The notes under the pieces: model-generated
Databases searched by the model: none
The model's input: the letters and a program-made list of their open reading frames with translations, nothing else
Told to the model about the DNA's origin: nothing
Shown here: positions 29,993 through 41,527 of the stretch, in pieces
Layout of the letters: the number at the start of each line of letters is the position of its first letter
Numbering within the stretch: position 1 is the stretch's first letter
Program-made: the position numbers and the translations under genes
From: the human T2T-CHM13v2.0 reference genome, Homo sapiens
DNA length: 64,000 nucleotides
Assembly (NCBI RefSeq): GCF_009914755.1
Contig: NC_060927.1
Reading direction: 5' to 3' (one strand)

Positions 29993-31389
29993 TCAACTGT
30001 AGTATTTGGGTTAATCAGGTAATGCTGCACATTCTCTTTCAAATTTAGATTTTTATATGGTAACTTGTTTGATATAGTTATCAAACAAATGGGGAAGGTC
30101 CAATAATGTTAAAAGAACAAAATCAACAAACATCAGTGAAGAACTTGATTTGCAGAAATATTTTAACAGCAAGAAGCATTCTACAGTTCATTTCCATTTT
30201 GATGGCCATTTTAATAACAATGCTGAATGAGAATGCATCTCACCTATGTAACAGAAAATTTCCTTGATTCCATTTCATTTAAGGTTTTAGGAGTATCAGC
30301 TCAGACACTGGAGGAGTAATCAATAAACATGCCAATTATGTCAGAGAAAAATTATGAATGCCTGAATATTTGCAGCCTTATTTCTTTCTTTCTTTACAAA
30401 GAATATGCCTACCTGCCTTTTGCACTTCTGGTAAAGATACGAGGTAGGCAGACGTGAAGATTTGCAAAGAACTGGGACAGACTGGCAACCTTCCCTTTTG
30501 GAAGGCTTCTAGCAAGAGATTAGACTGGATCTTAGAGGACAAAGCATGGGGGTACAAAGACAAGTTTCTGTGGAGACTGAGAAGTAATCCTGGGGAGGAG
30601 GGGATACGCAGAAAAAGTGAAAAACACAGAGAGAAAAGAGCTTATTAATGGGAACTTCTTGCTGTTCTGTTAGTTTCTTTAAGCTCCTAGGGTAGACTGA
30701 ATAACTTTTTAATGCTTCTTAATTGTTTCTCTTTATACTTGACTTCTTGATGAGACAGGACCATGAAGGAGGCCATCTTTATTGAGGTTACATAACCTTC
30801 AATATATTCAATCTACTTCATTAATATTCACTGAAGTTACAAGAAAGAATGCCCACAAAAGAATCTCTTTATTTTCCTACTGTCATCCCTTCTTCCACTG
30901 AGACTCTGATATTTTTTGAAATTACATGTTTTTTTAGTTTTTTGGGCTCCTTTGAGTATAATTGAAGGAAATTTCTATCCTGTTCTCCATTTTCGCTAGG
31001 AAATTGGGAGCTACATGTGTAAGGATAATGTTTATTGATTCTTAGAATGAAGGATCTTAGATTATCTCTCCTCCAACATCCTCTTTTAAATATGAAAACA
31101 TGTAGGGATTTGCTATCTTTACAAACAAATAAAACCCAGATCTTTAGGTTTGGTAATGGAAGTACCTCTGTTTGATTAGGAACAGCTAGACCTTGAATTC
31201 TGATTCTCATCCCTTGAGTTGCACCTTTCTCCTCAGGCATCCTGCTAGCCTTTAGAGGTCGCTGTCACTCTAGCAGGAAAGGGATCGAGAAAGGATCCCT
31301 ACTAGTTCACTGGTCTCCTCTCCCATCACCCTCCCCCTTTTTCATTCATTGCCATTTTTCCAAAGAGCTGAGTACACACTAACCTCAAG

Positions 31390-31718
31390 ACATTTTGTAC
31401 TTCTAACCTTTTGCCTACAACACTTTTCTTCCTCATATTTCCAAAGATTGCTCCCTCCTTTCTTTTAGAACTTCACTGAGATCTTTCCAGATTACTGCAT
31501 CTATTACTTCCTCTTCTGTCAGTCTCTGCTCCTTACATTACCTTATCTTTTTTTAGCACTTCACAATTGAAGTTTTATTTATATGTTTACTTGTCTTTTG
31601 GCTGTCCCTTTTACTAAAGTATAATTTCCATGACAGCAACATTCCTTAGTCTAGTTATATGGGATTTAGAATAATGCCTGGAACATAGTAAGTGCTCAAT
31701 AGTTGTGAATGAATGAAT
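31390..31718 (+). mobile_element. L2 3' fragment
   Basis: Ends TGCCTGGAACATAGTAAGTGCTCAATAGTTGTGAATGAATGAATG. Confidence 0.72.
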
Positions 31719-32016
31719 GTTCTTCTGTTACTGTTGAGCACAGGCTGCAATCACTGAAGATTCTGGTAAATAAGGAGGTGGGGATCGTTTGATCCAGGAA
31801 ACAGTATGGAATGAACTATGGAATATCAAGACCCGGGATTATATACTGGTTCTGACACTTATTAGCTGGGTATACTTAATTTACTTAAACTCTCTCATCT
31901 TTAGGACTTTTTCCATCTCAAAAGGGGTTTCAACTCAAAAACAGGTAGTTTGGTGGAATAAAAGTGAACACATTAAAGCATCTACCACAATATCAAACAT
32001 GAAGGAAGCTTCATTT

Positions 32017-32238
32017 AAAAATTGATAACTATGCAATTTGCCTTTTAAAAGTTAATCTGCTTCTTAGAATTTATAATTCATATCAGATCTTAAATTGCAA
32101 TTTACTTTCTATTTTTATATATACCAAGCAGGGCCACATTCTGGTAAATCTGTTCTAATATTTTGAAAAAGGCAGGGGATTCTCCCTCCTGACCACATAA
32201 AGCCAGTTTCCTTAGAATTAAATTTTCCTGTGAGGAAC
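32017..32238 (+). repeat. ~222-bp direct repeat, copy A (5' of the L1PA)
   Basis: Aligns by eye to 33758-33850 plus 34744-34874; 15 mismatches in the first ~93 nt. Confidence 0.9.
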
Positions 32239-33757
32239 AGAACTAGAAAAAACTATTTTAAGATGCATGTGTAACTAAAAAAGAACACGAATAGCCAAGA
32301 CAATCCTAAGCAAAAAGAACAAAGTGGAGGAATCATACTACCTGACTTCAAACTATACTACATAGCTACAGTAACCAAAACAGCATGGTACTGGTACAAA
32401 AACAGACACATAGGCCAATGGGACAGAACAGAGTCCAGAAATAAGGCCACACACTTACAACTATCTAATCTTCAACAAAGCTGACAAAAACAAGCAATGG
32501 GAAAAGGACTCCCTATTCAATAAATGATGTTTTGATAACTAGCTTAGCCGTATGCAGAAAATTGAAACTGAACCCCTTCCTTACACCATATACAAAAATT
32601 AACTCCAGATGGATTAAAGACTTAAAGGTACAACCTCGAAGACAACCTAGGAAATGCCATTGTGGAAATAGGAATGGGCAAAGATTTCATGATGAAGATG
32701 CTAAAAGCAATTGCAACAAAAGCAAAAGTTGACAAATGGGATCTAATTTAAAATTAAGAGCTTCTGCCCAGCAAAAGAGACAATCAACAGAGTAAACAGA
32801 CAACCTACAGAATAGGAGAAAATATTATAAACTGTGCATCTGACAAAGGTCTAATATTGAGCATCTTTAAGAAACTTAAACAAATTTACAAGACTAAAAC
32901 AACCCCATTAACAAGTGGGCAAAGGACATGAATAGATCCTTTTCAAAAGAAGACATACATCTAGCCAATTCAAACATATGAAAAAAAGCTCATCATCACT
33001 GATCTTTAGAGAAATGCAAATTAAAACCACAATGAGATATTATCTCACACCAGTCAGAATGGCCATTACTAAAAAGTCAAAATACAGCAGATGCTGGCAA
33101 GGTGGCAGAGAAAAGGGAACACATAAACTGTTGGTAGGAGTGTAAGTTAGTTCAACTATTGTGGAAAACAGTGTGGCAATTCTTCAAAGACCTACGAATA
33201 GAAATACCATTCAACCCAGCAATCCCATTCCTAGGTATATACCCAAAGGAGTATAAATTGTTCTATTATAAAGAAGCATGAATTTGTATGTTCATTGCAG
33301 CACTATTCAAAATAGCAAAGTCATGGAATCAACCTAAATGCCCATCAATGACAGATTAGATAACAAAAATGTGGTACAGATACATCATGGAATACTATGC
33401 AGCCATAAACAAGAAAAGATCATGTCCTTTTCAGGAACATGGATGGAGCTGGAGGTTATTATCCTTAGAAAAGTAATGCAGGAACAGAAAATCAAATACC
33501 ACATGTTCTCACTTATAAGTGGGGGCTAAATGATAAGAACACATGGACACATAGAGAGGAACAACACACTGTGGCCTCTCAGAGAGTGGAGGGTGGGAGG
33601 AGGGAGAGGATTAGGAAAAATAACTAATGGCTACTAGGCTTAATACCTGGATGATGAAATAATCTGCACAACCAACCCCCATGACACAAGTTTACCTATG
33701 TAACAAAGCTGCACATGTACCCCTGACCTTAAAATAAAAATTAAATTTAAAAAACTT
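32239..33757 (+). mobile_element. 5'-truncated L1PA (PA13-16-like): ORF2 3' part, 3'UTR, decayed A-tail
   Basis: ORF2 peptide [24 protein letters not shown]; 3'UTR GGAAAAATAACTAATGG..CTAGGCTTAATACCTGG..CCCCATGACACAAGTTTACCTATGTAACAAA. Confidence 0.93.
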
Positions 33758-33850
33758 AAAATTGGTAACTATGTAATTTTCCTTTAACAAGTTCATCTGC
33801 TTTTTAGAAATTAAAATTCATATTGTATCTTAAGCTACAATTTACTTTCT

Positions 33851-34728
33851 TTTTTTTTTTTTTTTTTTTTGCAGTTGCAAGATTTAATAGAGTGAAAACA
33901 GAGCTCCCATACAAAGGGAGAGGACCCAAAGTGGGTAGCCGTTGCCAGCTGGAATGACTGGGTTTATATCCTGATCATTGTCCCTCCCCCTGTGCTCTCA
34001 GGCGACAGATGATTGGCTACTTCTTTACTTCCTGTTTTTCCCTAATTAGCATTTTAATGAGCTCTCTTTACTACCTGATTGGTCGGGTGTAAGCTAAGTT
34101 ACAAGCCCCGTGTTTAGAGGTGGATGTGGTCACCTTCCCAGCCAGGCTTAGGGATTCTTAGTCAGCCTAGGAAATCCAGCTAGTCCTGTCTCTCATCACC
34201 TGGGAGCTTTGGCTCTTTGGGTGGTTCTAAACAGCATCAAGGTTGAGACCAAGGTTATCTTTGGGGTCTCCACCCCCTGAAACCTGCCCCTACTTGCTAG
34301 TTCCTGCCAGGGAGACCTGGGTGATCAGCTTCCCTCAAAGCCCAGGGCAGAAGCATTCTGGTAGCCCCAGGTGCCTAGAGACAGGCAGAAGGGAGACACT
34401 TATGAGTCACTCCTCCACTTCTTCCAGAGACCATACTGTTTTGTTTGTTTGTTTGTTTTTTGAAAGTGTCAAAAAGCCGTGAGAACAAAGCATCCCCTCT
34501 GTGCTGTGAGTCTGGGAATCTGGAATAGAAACAGAAGTTCTCATCCCCAGGGACACCTTTCCTGGCACTGCTCCCCAGCCTCCTCCCAGCTCCAGGCTGA
34601 GAAGGGCGTCCCTCCCCGCGTCCCTGCAGCAGCCAGCACTGAGGTCGGCCTCCACCCCAGCCACAGTGTGCTGCCATGTTGTGTTTCCGGGCCTGTCCCC
34701 GATGTCAAATCCTAGAGGCTAGGCCTCT
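33851..34728 (-). pseudogene. L1-mediated processed retrocopy of a chimeric transcript (non-viral sequence + HERV-W LTR17 U3-R + poly(A))
   Basis: Poly(T) 33851-33870; perfect 15-bp TSD TACAATTTACTTTCT at 33836-33850 and 34729-34743; GC-richer insert in AT-rich surroundings. Confidence 0.88.
33870..34195 (-). mobile_element. HERV-W LTR17, U3-R only (326 bp, no U5)
   Basis: Minus strand starts TGAGAGACAGGACTAGCTGGATTTCCTAGGCTGACTAAGAATCCCTAAGCC, contains CCAAT boxes and GATATAAA, and ends CTCTATTAAATCTTGCAACTGCA-poly(A); ATTAAA signal at 33883-33888. Confidence 0.93.
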
Positions 34729-37700
34729 TACAATTTACTTTCTAACTATTTGTATATATAACAAGCAGGGGCAAATCTGGCACATCTGTTCTCAAATTTT
34801 GAAAAAGGAAAGGGGTTCTTCCTCCTGTCCACATAAAGCCAGTTTCTTCAGAATCAAATTCTCATGTGAGGAACCAGGTAATTAATTCTAGATTTGAGAC
34901 ACCTTCAGGAGACCTTCTCTCTACTCCGCTAAAGGTCTCAGGATATGTCCGTTACTAAATTAGGAACAGTTCACCAACTCTGGTTGGAGAATTGTTTCAT
35001 TTCATGGTCGTAGAGAAAGGAAGGTTGACTTGATTGTTAGCTAACTTTCTTCGAGATAATCCAAAATGGAAAAAGTAAAGAATGGTTTTACTTTGCCCTT
35101 TGTATTACCTGGCAAATTTGACAGGGTCTCTCATGGGCATTGTCTACAAGAGTGAAACAAATGAGAGAGCTTTATAGTAATGTAGCATATTTAGGTCCTT
35201 TCACAAAGTCAACCCTTGTTAAACAGATCATAATTCATATAAAAAGAAAGCTCTCCTTCTTACCAGTTTAAGTTTTATAGTCCAAAATAGAGCCTTTGAA
35301 CTCTCTTCAATTCTAAAATGCATCACTGTGATGCCTGCAATTGACTGTACTATTTCTATGCTGGAAATAAAATGAGAGGCATAGCTCCAGGAAAATGGCC
35401 CTAAAAATAATAATTTTTGCATGTGCCTCAATAATGTTAATAATATCTAACATTTGTTTTGTGTCTTTCCATGGTTCATAAAAGTTATTCCCCTGTTTAC
35501 CTTACATAATGCTGCAAGTTACTCCCAATCTTTTATTCATTCAACAGATATTTACTACATGCTACTCTATGCCAGATTTGGGATTGAGTGTTCAGTGTAA
35601 GGTCATATAATTCTGTTAGTTAGGGAAATTTTACATTGCTGGTCCGCTTTTACAATGAGTAAGTGGTGAAACTGAGTTGTGAAAATTAAGTCTATTATCA
35701 GTAAAAAGATCATATATATCAAATCCTTGACTATCCTTAATTTGTGAAAACTACATCAAATATGACTTTTTCCTATAAGGAAAGCTTTTACAGATTCCTA
35801 GATGGTTAAATTTAATTGCTTCTACATGTTTTATATCTAATCATTATATGCCAAAAATACACATTATGTTCAATACAAAATATTTACTTCTTTGATTATG
35901 ATTATTTTTAGGTAAAAAAATGAATATGCTGCCAAGCTGCAATTACTATATTTAGAATATGTACAACTTGTGACTAGCCAAATTTGCAATGATCTTTTAG
36001 AAAATAGGGGAAAGATTTCCAGTGCCTATTTTAGGTAAGAAAGCCTTCCTGAGAGACTTATTAAATATTAAATGCTTTATTAAGAAATTTAGAGACTCTT
36101 TATGCAGATATTTTAAAAGCCTGACAGATATATCCAATGTCGGACTGAATTAAGTTCAATCTTGGCTTATTCAGCTGAGAGGGTGCTTTGCTGTTGTGGA
36201 GCCATAGGACAGTTGTCAGGGTGCCTTCCACGCTGGAAAATACATAAGCTTGCTAAAATTGTGCAGGTGCATGCATGTGTGCATGTATGTGTATAATCTA
36301 CTGCATTCTAGGAACTACATTATACTTGGGGGATACAAAGATAAATAATGCAGAGACCCTATACTCGAGAGACATTTAAATTGTTAAAAAAAGGCATATA
36401 AATAAATGAGTGAGCTGAGGTGTTCCACAGATACCAAATTAGAAGTGTATATAATAGACTCACACAAGAATAAATGAAATTGATTTCTAATTTAAAAAAT
36501 ATTTAATGTCTGCTTTGCTATCAGAAAGAATATTCTTTAAGAACTAGGACTTTTTCTATTTTATTCATTACTTAGTCTTTCATGAATAGCACAACACCTG
36601 ATATATAGCCCCATGTTCCCAATGAATTTTGAATGAATTTCAGGCAAGGGTGAATAAATAAGTTGAATGAATGTATTAAAAATTAATTAATAATAAGTTA
36701 TTTTATGGGAATTTGGTGGGGTGGGAAAAGCGGTCAGGAAATATTTTATGAAAGTGATTAAGCAGGAAAAGAGAGAAGCCAGTTCAGAAAGAAGGAGCAG
36801 CGTAAGCAGATCTGGGAGATTGTGAAAGGTCTCAGCCCTTTTTGAGAAGTACTGTATGTGGAAAGTGAGATGCACACATTTAGATCATGACATTGGATGG
36901 CCTTTTGTGTTAAGGAGTTTGGACGTTATCCGATAGGTGGGCATGTGGGTGATTAAAGTAAAATTTACACTTTAGAAAGGTCTATTGACAATTTGAATCC
37001 ATATAAGATACCTTTAGTGCTCACTCCCAGTGGAAAAATTGGTACCTATCTAAGAAAAATATGAATTTCTGGACAGCTATTCAACCTTCTCCTGGGGTAG
37101 TCTAGCACTAAACTAGTTTATCACTTTGTTTCTATAGCACAGAAGGGTGGGTATTGTATTTTATAGTCATTTCTATGCATTGTTTTTACACTAAACATCT
37201 TCATAGGCGACGTCGTTGCCAAGTTATTTATTTATTTTTATGATTGCTTAGATTGATTTATCCATAGATGTTTACAGCACAAATGGTCTTTAACATCTCC
37301 TTGAAAAACTCAGTTTCTAGGACCTGGATTAAATTTATATTGTATTGATTAGTATGTGATTCAACTTACATGACAGCACTCTTCAAATTGTCACAATTTC
37401 AGTACCTTGACTCTTGAATTAGAAAAAATACCATCTCAGGTCATTACACCTGTAAATCTTTTACCTACTGAAAGCAAGGTTTTCATTCTAGCTGATGCCT
37501 CCAGCCTTGTTAACTCATACCTGCATTGTAACATAGAGCTTTCACTTTGAAACCAGAATTGTATTTATTTCTACTAACTGAGTTCACTGCATCCTGGGAA
37601 TTCTTTCAGCCTCTAGCACAGGAAATATATGCTTAGGAACAGCATGAAGGAAATTGAGATGTGTTTTCTTGACCTGAGTTGGAGTTCAGTCTAAGGGTGC

Positions 37701-38188
37701 GTATGTATTTGCTTCCTTGTTGGAGAATCCTAAGTGAATGCTCTACTAGAAAGGATCCTGATGTTTTACATTAAAAGATTCCTCCCTATCTACCCCCACC
37801 CCCACCCCCACGGGGCCCCGATTTGTTTTTTCCTAGGGTGGTTAACATGAGTTTCACTTGAAATCAGAGTTACACCTGGGATTATGACTTGGAATTCTTT
37901 CTTGTTATTACTTTTTTTTCTTTTTCAAGTAGGTTGGCTAATTATATTTACTTGTGGAAATGTGGGGACTCTATGCTTTTTTTGTTAAAAAAAAAAAAAA
38001 AAAGGTTGTGCCCCTGCTCTCCAACTACTTTTCATTATAGAAGTAATATTAAGAAGTTATTTTGTCTGTCTACATTTATTTAATAATTTGATCACAGGAT
38101 ATTGACATGTGTATTACCCTCAGCCACTCTGCAGGACCAGTGAGGTAGACACTAGGCAATGGTGAATAGGGCCCAGCTCCTGACCTCA

Positions 38189-38231
38189 ATCAGACGAGAT
38201 CGGGCGCGTTCAGGGTGGTATGGCTGTAGAC
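38189..38231 (-). pseudogene. 5S rRNA retropseudogene, nt 1-43 only, no poly(A)
   Basis: Minus strand GTCTACAGCCATACCACCCTGAACGCGCCCGATCTCGTCTGAT matches the human 5S 5' end at 42/43 (one CpG transition); 15-bp TSD TCCTGACCTCAATCA at 38178-38192 and 38233-38247. Confidence 0.95.
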
Positions 38232-40277
38232 ATCCTGACCTCAATCAAATCAAATTCTCATAGTAGTGGAGAGGAACATGGGAATGCATTATGGAAAGTT
38301 AATGACATTTAGCTCATCCCCTATTGATGAACATCTATAAATTATGATACATCATAATTATGCCACAATACTAAGCAGCATTTCATTTATGTGTGCTAAT
38401 ATGGAAAATTCTTCATATATAATTAAGGTAAACAAACAAAACCAACATACTAAGCAAAACTACCATCTTTGAAATTAAGAAAAAGAACTAAATAAACAAA
38501 TTGGTAGATGTATATAGTTATGCATTTTTGAAAGAAATCATAAAAAGTGGTGGATTTAAAAGAGGTATTTTTATTTTTAACCTTTCTATAGTTTGAATTT
38601 ACTAATTTTTTACATGTCCTTTTTCCATTTTTTAATTCATTTTTAATATCAAAGGGGTATCTGCACTGTAAGATTATAGTGATATTTTTCTTCCTTGTAC
38701 CTCTTTCTAATAAAAAATTTCATCTTATATGTAGTACATAGTAATCTATAAATATAAAATACAGTATGCAAAGAGCTGTCTCAGAGGAAAGTGCAATACT
38801 CTGGAGCCAAGGAGGAGGGAGGAATGAGGCAGGATCAGAAACAGTTCATCCTGGTCAATAAATAAGATTCTTCTAATTTCAAAGGTGCTTCATCTTAGTA
38901 ACTTTTTCCTTGGTGCTTTGCCTTTTAGCCACACAAGTTTCGCTAGTCTGTTGCTACATCAACCAACTGATATTTCTTGGAAGTGCTGGTACTTTCCAAT
39001 TTCTTGGTGTCAAAACATTGCCTTCATTCAGCACCAATAATGTTCCAGCCTTTTCCCCAAAAAGTGAACTAAATTTAACTGTCAGTGAAAACTTTATGTC
39101 CCGTCTACTTGAAACATTAACTTTTTCCACTTGAAACAATAGCGTTACATTATTCCCCTTATGGGGCATGGTTGTTCCTTTTAGAACCATCTTTTTATAT
39201 AGGGAAGGAATTATCAGAGAATTGTTACAATTTTTTTAAATGATGGTGTTTTAATCTTTAAAACAGAGAGGAGATCTTGAGATCACTATTTAGGCCGTAA
39301 TACAATTTGTCAAAAGGTGATTTCCTCTATGTTGTTTCTAGTCAAATAGCTGTTCTCTGCTTTTATCGTCACTGTGGGGCATTTTCTTTCTTGTAAGGCT
39401 ATTTCACATAGCACAGAATTATATATAAAACCAAATATAAGCAGTAATCCATTACTGAGGGATAAAATTAGGCATGTGCATGAAAATTACATTTTTTCAA
39501 CGTATGCTATTTTTTATTTATTTCCTCTTTTTAGTGTATATTCCCTCACCAGTTTTTGGCCTAAAGGATAGGCGTAAACATGAGCCTGACACTTATAAAT
39601 ATAATCCAGGTGATTTGTTTATTATTTTAAAACAAGCCATTATTAGAGGGGCAGCATACATTCTTTTAGGAGAACTAACTGGTTTCCTAGCTTTCGGTTT
39701 TAATTCTAACCTGGCCCAGAGAACCACTGTAATTATATTTTTGTGAGTACTCAATCTTTTTGCCCCATTCCAAAATGATAAAGTCAGTCATAAGAACTGC
39801 TCAAACTTCATTCCCTATTCCTGCTGATGGTAAAGAGGGTAGAAAGTAAGCAGTTGGAGAAAGCGTTCACTTAGATATCAAAAGAACTGATTGTAACTTT
39901 GCCACCAACTACCACAAATTAGCAAGCAATTCGTTAAACTTTTATTTTTATTTTCCTTACTGACAAAATCAAGAGTTTGAATTAAGAAAATTGTATAGTT
40001 ATATGGCAGACAGGATCTATACGCCATTCAGCATGGGATTTTATTACAACTAAGAATTACATACCTAGCTACGCCTTGCTTGTTATTGTACACAAAACAT
40101 AATTAAATACTAAACAGGATGCTAAGAGTCAAAAGAAAATGTAACCAAATAGCTTCCTTTGCCATATGCAGGTTTTCTAACTCCAAAATATAATAATTCT
40201 GTGTTGTAACCTTCAAGTAATTTTTGCCATGTAAATTGTGGTTGAAATTGAAAGCTTGCCAGCTCTATATCTAGAAA

Positions 40278-40340
40278 TACATACATACATACACACATAT
40301 GCATGGGGGCACACACACACACACATACACACATACACAC
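40278..40340. repeat. Imperfect (CATA)n/(CA)n microsatellite
   Basis: Direct reading. Confidence 0.85.
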
Positions 40341-41295
40341 TCTGGTAGGCATCAGAAGTCTATCATGCATAGGGCACATGTGGAAAAGAAAGTGGACGTT
40401 TCCTAACAAAACCTTTTGCAAACATTTCAGAGGACTTATTCTGCAAGACCTTCCTGGATATGACAAACAAAATAGTGTTTTGGGATAAGTGAAAATGATT
40501 AAAGGCATGGGTTCCAGCATACAGTTAGCTTCAGACACTTATTTCTAGCATTTTTCCATAAATATTTTTTGTTCCAAATCAGTATAAACTACTTCTGTCT
40601 GCATTTGGAAGGACTGTGGAGTGTTGGAGCAAGTACAAAAGCAGTTCTAAGTTTTTGTTGCAAGGCTACCAGTTCTCAACATCAGGTCTAGATGGCCCCA
40701 GACGTTCTTAAAGCATTTTGACTAAATCTTAGCATTGCATCCACTTTCCTAATTTATATTTTCATTTAACAAACATTTGATTAAAACTTGTTTTTATCCA
40801 GAGTAAGTGACCGTTGACTTGTTTTCCATGTGCTAGTTCATAATTTGGCAGTTGGCATGGGGTGGGAGGTGGGGCATATATGCAAACCATTGTTTTAAAA
40901 CTCTGTGGAATTGGATGTGATTTCTAAGCTAAAGGACATTCTATGACTGTAGTGCTGGAGGTTGACATCCATTCCATGCTCTACGAATGCCTATCTATGT
41001 CTCTATTATAGCAGCCATTGTAATCTTGAGTTTTCCTTTTACTTGGCTTTCTCCCCTTCTAGACTGTGACCACTTTGCCAGGAGCAAAGTTTAGAGTAGT
41101 GCCAGTATTAGTTGGTATTGAATACATGTGGGTCAAAAAATAAATAAAAGATGGACTGTGTTAAAATGCTCCTGAGTTTCATTATCATCCTTCTATTAGT
41201 ATCATGTTTTCATCCATTAGTATGAACAGCTTTTTAATGTACAAGTCACCCAGAATATCACACGAATAGTTTAGGAAGGAGGTTTCATTTGTTTC

Positions 41296-41527
41296 TTTTC
41301 TTTTCTTTTTTTGAGGCAGAGCCTCGCTCTGTTGCCCAGGCTGGAATGCAGTGAGCTCTCTTGCAGTGAGCTCCGCCTCCCCGGTTCACGCCATTCTCCT
41401 GCCTCAGCCTCCCGAGTAGCTGCAACTACAGGCGCCCGCCACCACGCCCGGCTAATTTTTTGTATTTTTAGTAGAGACGGGGTTTCACCGTGTTAGCCAG
41501 GATGTTCTCGATCTTCTGACCTCGTGA
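41296..41527 (-). mobile_element. AluY, 5'-truncated, with an internal micro-rearrangement
   Basis: GGTTCACGCCATTCTCC, CACCGTGTTAGCCAGGATG, GACCTCGTGATC; TSD TCATTTGTTTC at 41285-41295 and 41528-41538. Confidence 0.93.

Larger units (their letters stand above)
33758..34874 (+). repeat. Direct repeat copy B (3' of the L1PA), split by the LTR17 retrocopy into 33758-33850 and 34744-34874
   Basis: Shares CAATTTACTTTCT, TTTTGAAAAAGG, CCACATAAAGCCAGTTTC and TGTGAGGAAC with copy A. Confidence 0.9.

Noticed and set aside
34243-34715. Several overlapping ORFs of 78-100 aa
   Set aside because: Expected in the GC-rich captured segment; they cross a (GTTT)n tract and show no recognisable protein similarity
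37208-37215. CpG-rich palindrome CGACGTCG in CpG-poor DNA
   Set aside because: Only 8 bp, not a canonical CRE (TGACGTCA) and not in a CpG island; cannot be distinguished from chance
37521-37612. Minus-strand AG...GT pair (92 nt) with plausible splice sites
   Set aside because: Stops in all frames; pseudo-exons of this quality are common in 64 kb of AT-rich DNA
38890-39190. Minus-strand ORF and a nearby GKAPRKKLL peptide resembling histone H3 GKAPRKQLA
   Set aside because: The match is 6-7 residues with no flanking H3 similarity; no splice signals, poly(A) or TSD
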